Shown piece by piece: positions 50,195 through 61,599 of a DNA stretch of 61,599 bases. The first letter of the stretch is position 1; every line of letters begins with the position of its first letter. The notes below the pieces were generated by a model. The model saw only the letters and a program-made list of their open reading frames with translations. It did not search any database and had not been told where the DNA came from. This DNA comes from Girardia tigrina (taxonomy: Eukaryota), in the NCBI GenBank assembly GCA_001938485.1, contig MQRK01245204.1, positions 18,960 through 80,558 on the forward strand. Reading direction: 5' to 3'. Position numbers and translations under genes: made by a program.

Positions 50195-51179
50195 CTTAGC
50201 ATTTTTTTGTAAAAGTACATATATATTAATATAATATATAATATATATAGATAAAAAAAATCATTATAATTATTGATTCAAAAAAAATTAAAAAATACAT
50301 AAAAATTGATGATTGCAATTGTATTGTATTGCCTACAAAGCAGTTTCCTGTGGAATCCGTTCATAAAGGAATTTTCTGCAATCCAAATCCTCAATTTTCC
50401 CCCTGAAGGTGTTCCTTTTCATGTGGTCTATTTTCCAAAAATCTCGTCGTACAACCGAATTCTTTGACGTTTTTATCGACATTTTTACAACAGAAGATCG
50501 CTCCTTCGAAACCTTGGAACAATAAACTCAATAAACACCGTTTTATATATCTCGTATGTGATTTCTTTTGTTATTCATGTTTACCTATATATTGTAAAAG
50601 TAAAAGTTTTATACATATTTATCTTCATTTTATTACGTTAAAGGAGTTCACTGAAACACGTTTTCAGTTAGCTCCTTTACATTTTTATTCAATTTTTTTC
50701 TAATTTTTTTTATTACCTATCATTGAATTATCATTTTTTTTTAATTTTAATTAATTTAAGTAAAAATACTTAAAACCTTCCTTACTACATTATTAATTAA
50801 AGAAAATATTTAAATTAAATTGTACGTTTTTTTAATTAAAAATATCAATCGACCATCATGATTGGGAGAGACGATTCTAAAACAATAAACATAGAATAAT
50901 CAATAAACAAATAATCACATTCGAAAATAATTCTCACATTCGCGTCACTCTTTTTGAAGCTAAAAGACATTAAATAAACACTATAATCAATTATTATTAG
51001 TTTTTGACATCCCAAAATGACTGTACTGTAGTTCAACCTTTGTTGAAGTTATGACGCATGTGCGTTTGATAATAAAAAAAAATAATAGATAATATAATAA
51101 GTTAACAAGATTCATGCAAAACGTTAACTTGGGTTTAAATGTATTGCTAAAACATGTTACATTCATATATCATTACAAT

Positions 51180-51896
51180 CAGTGGCGTGCGGTCCATGGA
51201 AGCAATGCTTCCCTTTTCAAAACTTCATTAAAATAAATGTATTTTTTTACAATATAAGTTAAAAAATATTAATAATTTTTTATAATTGTGAAAATTATTT
51301 TCACTGAAATATCGCAACTTTCAATCAAACATGATCTGAGTGAGTCTTGCTGCCGGAAACAGTAAAACTATTGCTTACTTCGAACTAAAGAAACATAGCA
51401 TGAACACGTTAACGCACTCTGCACAAAGTTGTCCATCTCTGTCGCGCTCATATCGATGTCTAAAAGCAATTTAAAAGATGCTTCCATACGATTTTTTACC
51501 GTAATAATGAATGAAATTTTAAATTTTAAGAATAATTTTAATTTAATATACAGTTAAAGCCGCTTATAGTGTCAACATTCGTACAGCAATATTTGGCCAC
51601 TATAACCGACTGGCCATTACATCCAAAGTTCTGTTTACAAGTCAAAGTCAGCTCCAGAGCATGTATTAAAGGTTGCTGCAAATACAGTGCGTACATCAAG
51701 TCGGCTTTCTTTGTACAAATTTCATTGTTTGCGCGGGTATAAAGCTTTATTAATTTTTTATTTTTAATGATTTCTTTTAGATTTATTATTTTTGTGCAAT
51801 TTTTATTAAATATTTATGAACTCGTGCAATAAAACATTCCAAAAAAATTATATACCCATATGTTTGGCTTAGTACTTCCCCTATGTCAAAGCCCTG
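51180..51896. mobile_element. hAT-type non-autonomous element with eroded right TIR
   Basis: CAGTGGCG ... GCCCTG ends with perfect 8-bp TSD ATTACAAT; a pogo-like end (TACAGTTAAAGCCGCTTATA) is nested at ~51549. Confidence 0.7.
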
Positions 51897-54749
51897 ATTA
51901 CAATAATTTTGTGATCTTTCGATTTTAATTGACAACTCAAAATTATGATACTCTGTGTGAATTCTTCTCTACATTAAGTTGAAGAAAATCATATATTAAC
52001 GTATAAAAAGTCAAACTTTACTGTTTTATACTTCTGATTTTTTTGAAAAGCAATTGATATTAAATTTAATATTATTAATTGGCATTAATATTCAATAGTT
52101 CTAATAATTGTATCATGTTCAAAATAATTAGTCCTATTAGGCAATGTTTAAATTACAATTCAATTATGACTATTAAGGATCATGGCATTTAAGTCCAGGG
52201 ACTGAAAAGTTAACAAATCGAACATGTAATGCCACATTATACATTTATAACCAACTTTCCAAATAGCGCGTAGTCAGCTATTTCATTAGAAGATATTGGC
52301 TATAATTTTAGCGCGATGAATTATATAAACCAACCATGTCCAACCGTAAATGTTTATTGGAGCGCAAAAGTTGTTATTGGCCTACTTTTGGGCCCACATA
52401 TAAAAATATTACAAATAATATGTATCCAAAAAGCCTAAATAAAAAAATTATATCAACATATTTCATGTTGAACGAAGTTTTTAGACAAATTAAGAAGACA
52501 GCTCAATTCTTGATTTTTTCAAGCCTCTTCAATTGCCTACTGTATCTTAAATTTCGCATTTTTTTCCTTTTACATAAATTATTTAAAAGGGGCAATAGTT
52601 TTAACAGCGGTTGTTTAAACGACAAACCTAAATATTAAATAATAAAACACTGTAAATATTTAAAGTATTTTAGTTACTATTTTAAATTTATAAAAGTCGA
52701 AAAAAAGAAAAATTTTCAAACTATAGCCTCTTAGGAAGTTTGTATCGAAGGTTTACTTTTATGTTAACAATGGACTCTACTGCAAATTTTATATTATACT
52801 TCTATCTGTATTCGACTGAGGAGAAATCAAATATGTAACTTTACCCAAAGTTCTTTGATAATCGCTCATTAAGTTTTGATGAAAAAATAAAATCAAGAAT
52901 TTCTTCAAATAATTATTAATTATTCATTTAACTTATTTGGTGCCACAAGCCCTATTTGGATATCTCTAGTTTTTACTTTTTATATGGTGGTTGACGTTAG
53001 AATTTTAAATAGTGACCTCTGTTGGTATTCCTGAAACATGTATATATTGAAAAATAGTGCATTTGCATAAAAATTTTACTTTTAATTGTTTTTAGTACAA
53101 ATCTATAGTAGAATTTAAAATATTTCAAAAAATAAATCTGGTACTTTATGAGTTAATTGTTTAGTAGAGTTTGTATTAAATACGTTCATCAATAAACTGA
53201 ATATTAATCTAATATTCATTCTGTTATGTTTATATTATGAAGATTTGAAATATCATAGTGAAATTGCTATAAAATTTAAATTATTCTGTTATTTAAGTAT
53301 TTCAGTCTGGCAAGAAATTGTAACGGAATGCTTCAAAAAACTCATATTGATCTTTCGAGGTTATCTCAATATCAGGATTCATTTTTTAACACCAAAATTT
53401 ATTATATAACAATTCACATATTTAAAAAAAATTTTCCAGTTAATTTAATTATCTCGACCCAAATTAATCTATTAAATTCTTTTCGATTTAATTTTTAAAA
53501 TCCTGAAAATTTATTTCAAAAATTATTTAAACTTTATTTTCAAAATTNNNNNNNNNNNNNNNNNNNNNNNNNNNNNNNNNNNNNNNNNNNNNNNNNNATA
53601 TTTTTATTTATAAATAAATATTTAATATTTTTGTTTTCTTGGCATTTTTAATTTTAAGATATTTAATAGATACATTAAAGATATTTTTTATTTTTAAATA
53701 GATATTTTATTTTTTAAGATTTTCTTTTATTATATCATTTTTAATTTTTGAAATATTTTTACAAAACACATTAAAAACATATTTTATTTTTAAGTACGTA
53801 TTTGATTTTTTTAATAGTTGTTTTATTATATCCTTTTTTAATTTTTTTAAAATATTTAATACGCATATTAACATCAAAATATTTTTACCTTTAAATTAAA
53901 AAAATAATAAATTATTCTGGCGAGATGTAAATTTAAATTAACCCCTCATAAAGATTATTGACAAAGGTTTACTAAAGTCATCCAATGTTCTTGTTTCACA
54001 TTTATACATTTGTTTCTGATAATTACAATAATTTAATTCATTGATAAATATTATTATAATAAGTAAAATGTTATTTTATTTTACACAAAACTCGAAAATG
54101 TTTTCTACTTCTTGTCCTGAATTAATAATCATTTCTTCCATTACTATTTTTCAACAAATCTTATTTATCCAAAGAATTCCACCACATAAAACTTACTTTA
54201 AAAAACACAGAATACCTTTCTTAAAACTGACATTCATTTTTTATGAATTTATTATCGGTGCTTTTGTAATATTTGAATTCAAATGATGTCCAATGAAACT
54301 ATTTCTTATATTTCTAGGATCCAGTGTCGATAAATAAAGAATATTTAAAACCGTTTTGTATGACAAATAAATTATACTATTGACTAAAGAAACAGAAATG
54401 AACTTAGTCCGACCCAAAAAGTGAATCTGCCAACTCCACAACATTTATAAATATATATTTAATATTCAAAAAAACTAATTTAACAAATTAACATGACACA
54501 AATTATAAAAAATCAAAAATTAAAAAAAAACATTTTTTAACTAAATTAAAATTATTGTTATTGTGATGAAAAAAGATTTGTTTAAATGTATAATATCAAA
54601 TACACTGATTTGAATTCCTTTGACTTTGATGTCAATTTTTCGTATCGTTTATAATAGTATCCGGGACGGATCAGGTCGAGCCTCTATTCGCGTTCCTTGA
54701 TTCGCCCCACCATTCAGGCGTCGGCATCAATAAACAGTTTTTAATATCA

Positions 54750-55066
54750 TGGGTCGTTCATAAAATACGCAATTCACTAAAATAAGGGGTCCCATTAATG
54801 ATATGAAAGGGGTATATTCTGATAAATGATATCAGATTTAAAATATCATAAAAAATTTCAAAAAATCGTTTACATTAAAATTAATAGTAAAAAATTATTT
54901 TTTAAGTATCATAACACAGCTAGGGAATTTAGAGAATTTTATTTTAACCGTTAGTATAGTGACATACAAAAAATTAAATGAGAGGGGCTCCGAAATTTGT
55001 GATGCAGTTTCATAGGGGGCAGGAAAATGTAAAAAAAATCGTGTGATGTAAATTATGAACGACCCA
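54750..55066. mobile_element. PIF/Harbinger (Tourist)-like MITE
   Basis: Perfect 14-bp TIRs TGGGTCGTTCATAA / TTATGAACGACCCA; flanks TCA and TTA. Confidence 0.7.
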
Positions 55067-56947
55067 TTATGTATTCTTAAAGATATAGTAAATTACAAGA
55101 AGTAAAAATCTTAACTGTTTTACATATTGATTGTTTGTACTAAAAATAAAAAATTAAATTATTAAAGCTAATTTAAAATATTGTGCAAGTTTAAAAAATC
55201 TCTCAAACACACATCAAATTAGAAAATAATAATGCAGCAATAAATCAATTGAAAATAGATTATATTCCAAATTAACCATACCGAAAAAAAATTTCCCACA
55301 TAAAATTCTAAAATATCCGACAAATTCGTAAGTTGTTTAAATCGTTCGAATAATAACGATAATTTACCGCGCCAAATTAAATTAAAAAAAATTTTATTTT
55401 AATTTATCAAAAATTTCGGTAAATTATCGTTATTTTTGAAAAAAAAAATTAAAAAAAAGAAATTAATTCAAATTACAAAAATTTCTAAAAATTTTTTTCG
55501 GCCGATTTTACTTGTATTAAATTGTCACATCATTTTGTGTGTGTGTGTGTGAAATTCTAATAATAAATTATCGCTAATAATATTGAAACAGAGATCAGAC
55601 CTAGAATAAGTTCATTATTAATTATTCAACCAGCATCGTTTTTCGGAACGATGCCAGAATCAGGATCGATTTATAATTCATTATTTGACGGTTATTGATA
55701 CAAAAAAGCTGAATATACATGAGGGGAAAAGTTAAAAAAAATTTCTAGGATACTGTGGTTACATGCTCTATGGTTGTTTGTGGAGAGGCTGTGTTTTTTA
55801 CTTAATGTAATTTAATAAACAGAAATTTTTTTTCCGTTTTTTTTAAATAAGTTTCAAAATTAAAAGTGAGAAAAACAAACAACATCAACGCTATAATTAG
55901 GGATTTATAATTATATTAAAAACACAATATAATTTAATAATAAAAAAAATATTATTTTTTTAAAAAAATAAATAAAATAATAATAATAATTGAACGAAAA
56001 AATGAAATAATCAAATAAATATGTTTTTAAAATTTATTTTATTTAAAAATTTTGGGAAAAATAATAAATCAAAAATATATTTTTATAATTATATTATTAT
56101 TTGGTGTGTGAGAGAAAAAAAGTAGTTTTAAAAATACTATATATATATATATATATATATTCTTAATCGCTTTAATGAAGGGGTTTTTTGGAAAAAAATT
56201 TTTGTTTTTGTGTAATGAGAATGTAGCCAAATTTTCGGCATTAGAGATATTTGGAAATTTATATATTATTGGTCAAATGTTTTGTTAATTTACGTAATTA
56301 GTCTGGGAATTTCATAACGGGGTTTTTTATCCAAATTATTCCTTATTAGTCATAGATAAATAATAAAATAAATTTGGAATAGAGAAATATTATTTTAGCG
56401 TTAAAATTAGCCGAAAAATTTGGAATTAAATATATATGAAAAGAATAGAGGAAAGAATGCAAAGAAAATCAATCGAAAATATTTAAATTTTATCAAATAA
56501 AAACTAAACCTTTTTAAAGCTTTCCAACTTTTAAAAAATAATTCTTTCTATAATTTATATAATTATCTTTTGATAATTTTATAAATATGAATGTAGCTTT
56601 TGTTTTTTTTTAACTTTTTAAATTTATTTTTTTAATTTATAGAATGTGAAATATATTTTAGAATTTTAGTTTGGGAATATCTGAATTTGTATATAATAAA
56701 ATTTTCAGCAGTAGATTTCTAGAATTAAATCTGTACTTATTCGTTGATGATGGACTACCGTCTAATAAAGATACATAGGAAAATGGATATATCATGATTC
56801 TAAAATATCTAAGACATACAAAATTTATACTAAATTGTTCAGTAAATATATTGCAAAACTCATAATGAATGTGTATAAATCGTGATCCCTGATCTTAAAA
56901 AATTGATTGTTCTAGTTTCTGTATTAAAAAACTTATATAGTGCAGGT

Positions 56948-58026
56948 CAGGCGTGTTGCCAGGGGGGTGATTGGGTGGATTTCTACCCCCCTGATAAAAT
57001 GCCCTAAAAATTGTTTAAAAAAATATTACGAAAAACAAAACTTAGAGGAACGGGACCTCTCGTTTTCCCCCCAATTAAAATCCGATTGGGCGTTCCATTT
57101 TAATCCACGTTTTCGGCCCTACTGGCGAGGCTGAAAACAAAGATTAATATAGAAACACTTGATTGGATTTTAATCGGGGAGAAAAAAGGAGGTCCGAGGA
57201 ACGTTTAAGGAGCTTAAGGATCGTTTAAGTTTAAAGGGCTAAAATCGGGAGACACCCCCACCCTTGAAAAAATTAAAACATAATTAGCCACCCCCATACT
57301 CCCACAGTTTTCGGCCTCGATTGCGGGGCCTAAGATTGGATGGAAGTAATCAAACTCTTGAAGAGTTTTATCAAAATTTTTTTTCACCCCGCTGTTAAAT
57401 TCGATAACTCGTGAACTTAAGGAAAAATTCCGAGAAAATTCAGTGCTGTCATGTTTCAGTAACCTGATGTACAAATCAGATTGGCTCTTGAGTGACGACG
57501 TTAAACTTAGTCTCGATCATCTTTTTTATTTCTATGCAGACGATTTAAACGGAACACTTCAGATGTTCTTAGCAGAAGTTGAAATGTGGCAGAAAAGATT
57601 GAAATATTTAGCCGAGAAGCCAAAAACAGCAATAGACCACCTTAAAAATTGCCCACAACAATTGTTCCCGAATGTTTTTACATTACTGAAAATTTACAAT
57701 GTGATTCCTGTAACGACTGCTGATATCNNNNNNNNNNNNNNNNNNNNNNNNNNNNNNNNNNNNNNNNNNNNNNNNNNNNNNNNNNNNNNNNNNNNNNNNN
57801 NNNNNNNNNNNNNNNNNNNNNNNNNNNNNNNNNNNNNNNNNNNNNNNNNNNNNNNNNNNNNNGTTCCGCAAAGGAAAGCATCGGCTGGACATGTAATTAT
57901 AAAGAAATAAAAATAAATAAATATTATTTCATTCTTGTTATTTTTGCCACCAAGTTTATATTTAAGATTGCTAGATCTTTCAGAAATTTTTTTCCACCCC
58001 CCTCTGCAATCCTGGCTACGCCGCTG
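56948..58026 (+). mobile_element. internally deleted hAT element retaining a C-terminal dimerization-domain fragment
   Basis: CAGGCGTGTTGCCAGG ... CCTGGCTACGCCGCTG ends; perfect 8-bp TSD GTGCAGGT; AEVEMWQ...LFPNVFTLLKIYNVIPVTTA at 57443-57727. Confidence 0.9.
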
Positions 58027-58211
58027 GTGCAGGTCATATGGTTTCGTAGGCTTTGTATTTTATAACTTAGAATTTGAGGTGGTTTCAGGAATGCTATTTA
58101 ATGATGGACTTATTGTAATAAAATATTAAATAATAGTTTAAGATCAAGAGACTATAAATAATTAATTTAAAATTTTATATTATCATCAATTGAAGAATGA
58201 ATAAGTGATAA

Positions 58212-60373
58212 CACAATGCAACCAAATTTTATGAAATGCTTGTTCGTTTGATGTTTCTTTATCAATTTTGAGACGCTGAATCCGAATATAACATTAGTTT
58301 CTACCTTGCTATAGTTTTTCTTTAATAAAACTTAATTACAAAAGTTTACATCATATACTAGAAAATCTTATACAGTAATAACGTACTAATAACGTTTATA
58401 ATGTCATAATATGACACAATAACGGTAATGTTATATTAAGATATGTCTGAAATTTCAAAATTGTGTATTTGACTTCGTTTTTTCTTTTATGACTTTTCTA
58501 ATCGTATCTAACAAAGTTCAATCATGGCTTTATCCCATCGTCCCTGATAAAGTTTCTCCATCAGCTGTATGTCCATGTAAAACCTGGATTTTTTGGAAAT
58601 AAATCAAGATGCGAGTGAAGATGATGTGTTTGGGGGATGTTTTACATCCCAAGGTTTGTTAGCTGAGAAGTAGTTATTCCACAAGATCATTGTAGTTTAA
58701 GGCGTTTTTGTTGCTCAGAAAACAATTAACAAAATTTATTAATGTATTCCATGCTCTTCTTATTGTCCCTATGATTTTTTCTAGCAGCGTTTCTGATACA
58801 AACATTTTCTTCATTTGTAGACCACTAAATTCACCGGCATCCACATTGGTATCAATAATTTTGGGAAATATTGTACTTATCTCCTTGATAAGTTTTAGGG
58901 CTGTGATGAACTAATTTATTAATTCTAGTTTAATATGTAGTGGATGAAGAAGAATTTTGTGGATAGGAACCACAGCATCATATTTCACACTCAACTCTTC
59001 ATATTTAGTAAATCCGCTCTGAAGTCGAAGTAGAAACTACAATATCTTTAAATCTCCACATACATTTCATTTATGTTCATCATAATTGATCTTCAACAGT
59101 AAATGACAACCGACAGGAATTGATAAATGTAGGTTTCCGTTGAAAAGTAGTTTCCCTTTTAAACTTACACTTAAGCTATCAATAGACAAACGCTACTTGC
59201 TAGATTTATGTTTAGTTCCTAACTCCTGAAAGAGTACCGTTATATCAAAACAGAAGCAAAGTTACTCTTCATTAGAAAAGAGGTTAGCACAGGATGTCTG
59301 TTGTTTTCGACGTTCAACTAGTGAATTGGCTAAAAAAATATCATCATATTTGCAATCACAGATATACCAAGAAAATAGTGTTTATCATCGTAGCCACATC
59401 AAACATTTGAGGAATTGAAATGAGGAAATTGTTTTGAGGAACTGAAATGACAAGGTCTTGATCACGTTCAACTGGTGTAATAGAAGAAGATTTATCAGGA
59501 TAATTCAGCTTCTGTTTATCTAGTGTTTTTTTGTAGACTGATAAATTGATCATGTAGAAGAAACAATAATTTACGTGATTTTTAGGCTCTCTCCATATTC
59601 GACGAACAAAAAATTTCAGGTATTCAACACTCGATCAACACTCAGCCATCCCTCTAACGTTAACTTACAGAAACCACAAATAACATGCAGAGCCCATAAT
59701 TTATCCTGAACCCCAATAAACATCCAAAAATATCGCTCGTATGCTTCAGAATATTAAGTAACTTTGGAAATAATACATTTAACTTGGTTTGGGCCAAAAT
59801 AATGTCCTAATAAATAGTAAAATGAATCAGTAGATAACTTGCAATGTTTATTCGTTGACATTTTCATCATGTATGTTTATAAGTAAATTTAAAACAAGAA
59901 ATATAATTATTATTGTAGTTATTACATGAAAGACTTGAAGTTATATCATAAATGTGGGCATAAATTGAAAAATAATATTCCTTGTTATTGGTCAAACTTT
60001 TTTTATCAACAATTAGAGTGCGATCCGAGAATCTCCAGAATCTCACAATAATTTTGCACTCTTTGTGTTGCGGAATGGTCGTCATGCTATATCCAGAGGG
60101 TTAACCAACTCACTTTGGACCGACATGATCTTCGAGTGACTCACGCGAAAGATGATGCTTGATAAGTGACCGGGACAAAGCAGACTTACTTGTTCCTCCC
60201 GACTACAGTAATACTTTTGAAAATTTTCATATATTTTGTTCAATTTAGAAAACTAGTTTCGTTTCAGCTTAGTGCTCAAAAAATTATCAAATCGGTTTTT
60301 GAATTTCTTCCGGTGTTTTGGAGCTTCTAATTTGATGATAAAATTTTTTAAATTATTTGATAATAAAGTAGTG
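58212..60373 (-). mobile_element. degenerate Chapaev (Chapaev3-like, CMC superfamily) DNA transposon
   Basis: Minus strand: QDKLWALHVICGFC, WREPKNHVNYCFF, LHPLHIKLEL, HLHSHLDLFPKN, DIQLMEKLYQGRW; related inverted subterminal blocks at ~58262-58300 and ~60248-60286. Ends approximate. Confidence 0.8.
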
Positions 60374-61599
60374 TTTCCTTAACTTTTACAGTCGGTACAC
60401 TTTCACACATTTGATAATATTAATCTAGATTTGCCAAGACCATGCAAATTTCTTAACCACTGTTTCAGATCGTAACATTAATTTCAAAAATATTTAGAGG
60501 TAAAATAATTCTTTTGATTATTGGGCATTTATCAGTTTAGGGTTCCTATGACAATTAAGCAAAAATTTTTAAATCCTGTAAATTTACTGCGATTAAATTT
60601 AGAAAAATTAAAGAAATCAACAAATATTAGCTTGAAACAACTTAACGACTGTGAGGAATATTTTAAATGATTTGAATGTGAAATATATTGATGTTGTATG
60701 TTGCTTTAAGTAAGTTGAATTTAGAATGGTGATTCTCCCACCAAGATGGAAATTGGTATTTTTTATTTAAATTTAAAGTGATTGACTATTCGAACATAAT
60801 TAAAATAATCATTTTATAAGTTCATATTTTAATTTAAAAATTAAAATTAAAATTAATATTTTTTAGTAAAATTTAAATTAAATGTATTTTTAATAATTTG
60901 ATGACATTTTTATATTTTTGGGATTTATTGAGAAATGGTAAAATTTATTATTTTTAATTAATATTAATTAATATATTTAAAAAATGACTTAGAAAAATTG
61001 TTCGAATAATCATGATTAAAAGAGAAATAAGAAAACCAATTAGAATGACGGCAAAGGACGATTTGATGACATTATAACATACAAAAACTGAACAAAAATT
61101 ATGCATCAACCTAATAACTTATAACATTAAATAAATTATAATATAATGTTATAATATTAAATAATAAAAGCATCGAATACAGAACTAGCTCAATAAACAC
61201 ATTATTTCCAAATTGTGTATTCATATATCTTATAGTAAAGGATATGGCATATTCAGCGAGTCCCTGACTTACGCGGTTTCGATACATGTACATGTAAAAT
61301 AATACATGGCTTATTTTTGGAATCGTTAAGTTCGTCCTAATTATGAAAGTATTCGTTTTGAAGCAAGGTTTGATTCAGGCGGTCAAAAAGTATTATCTGC
61401 GGATGACATTCAGACAAGCCATACAGGCTACTGAAAGGTAATACGCTAAGATGTTGAGGCACTTCTGGAAAAAATATAATATTTGTTGGGTATTTGATAA
61501 AAATTATTTCTTTAACTCTCTTGAGTTTTATAGTATCGACACGTAATCTGACTTTGAGTTCAGAAGGTTCTTCCAACTATTTGTATACTTTTAACAGTT

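Noticed and set aside
61337-61576. Minus-strand 79-aa ORF or possible exon pair at the window edge
   Set aside because: No recognisable motif, and the splice phase is ambiguous without flanking sequence.

Overview
AT-rich eukaryotic (metazoan) DNA with several N-gaps. The intron sizes, the mariner load and a 28S rDNA remnant suggest a flatworm, possibly a planarian; this is inference. One confident host gene: ATP-citrate lyase (ACLY), minus strand, 34693->1704. I reconstructed it by hand as 20 exons with GT-AG introns, 3243 nt of CDS, 1080 aa, in frame throughout. Its introns are strictly bimodal: twelve of 44-60 bp and seven of 2.2-6.4 kb. The large introns are stacks of transposons (mariner, pogo/Tigger, hAT, Helentron-type HINEs, RTE, Penelope) plus a degenerate 28S rRNA fragment. 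Right of about 35 kb the window is mostly TE remnants (Ty3/Gypsy, rosa-like Tc1/mariner, mariner, hAT, PIF-like, Chapaev), with a few weak orphan exon/intron patterns. I found no convincing new multi-gene system. Best leads: mini-introns that fold end to end, an inverted pair of internally palindromic HINEs bracketing ACLY exons 4-19, a direct repeat with an invariant structured core flanking the last ACLY exon, and the intronic 28S fragment.
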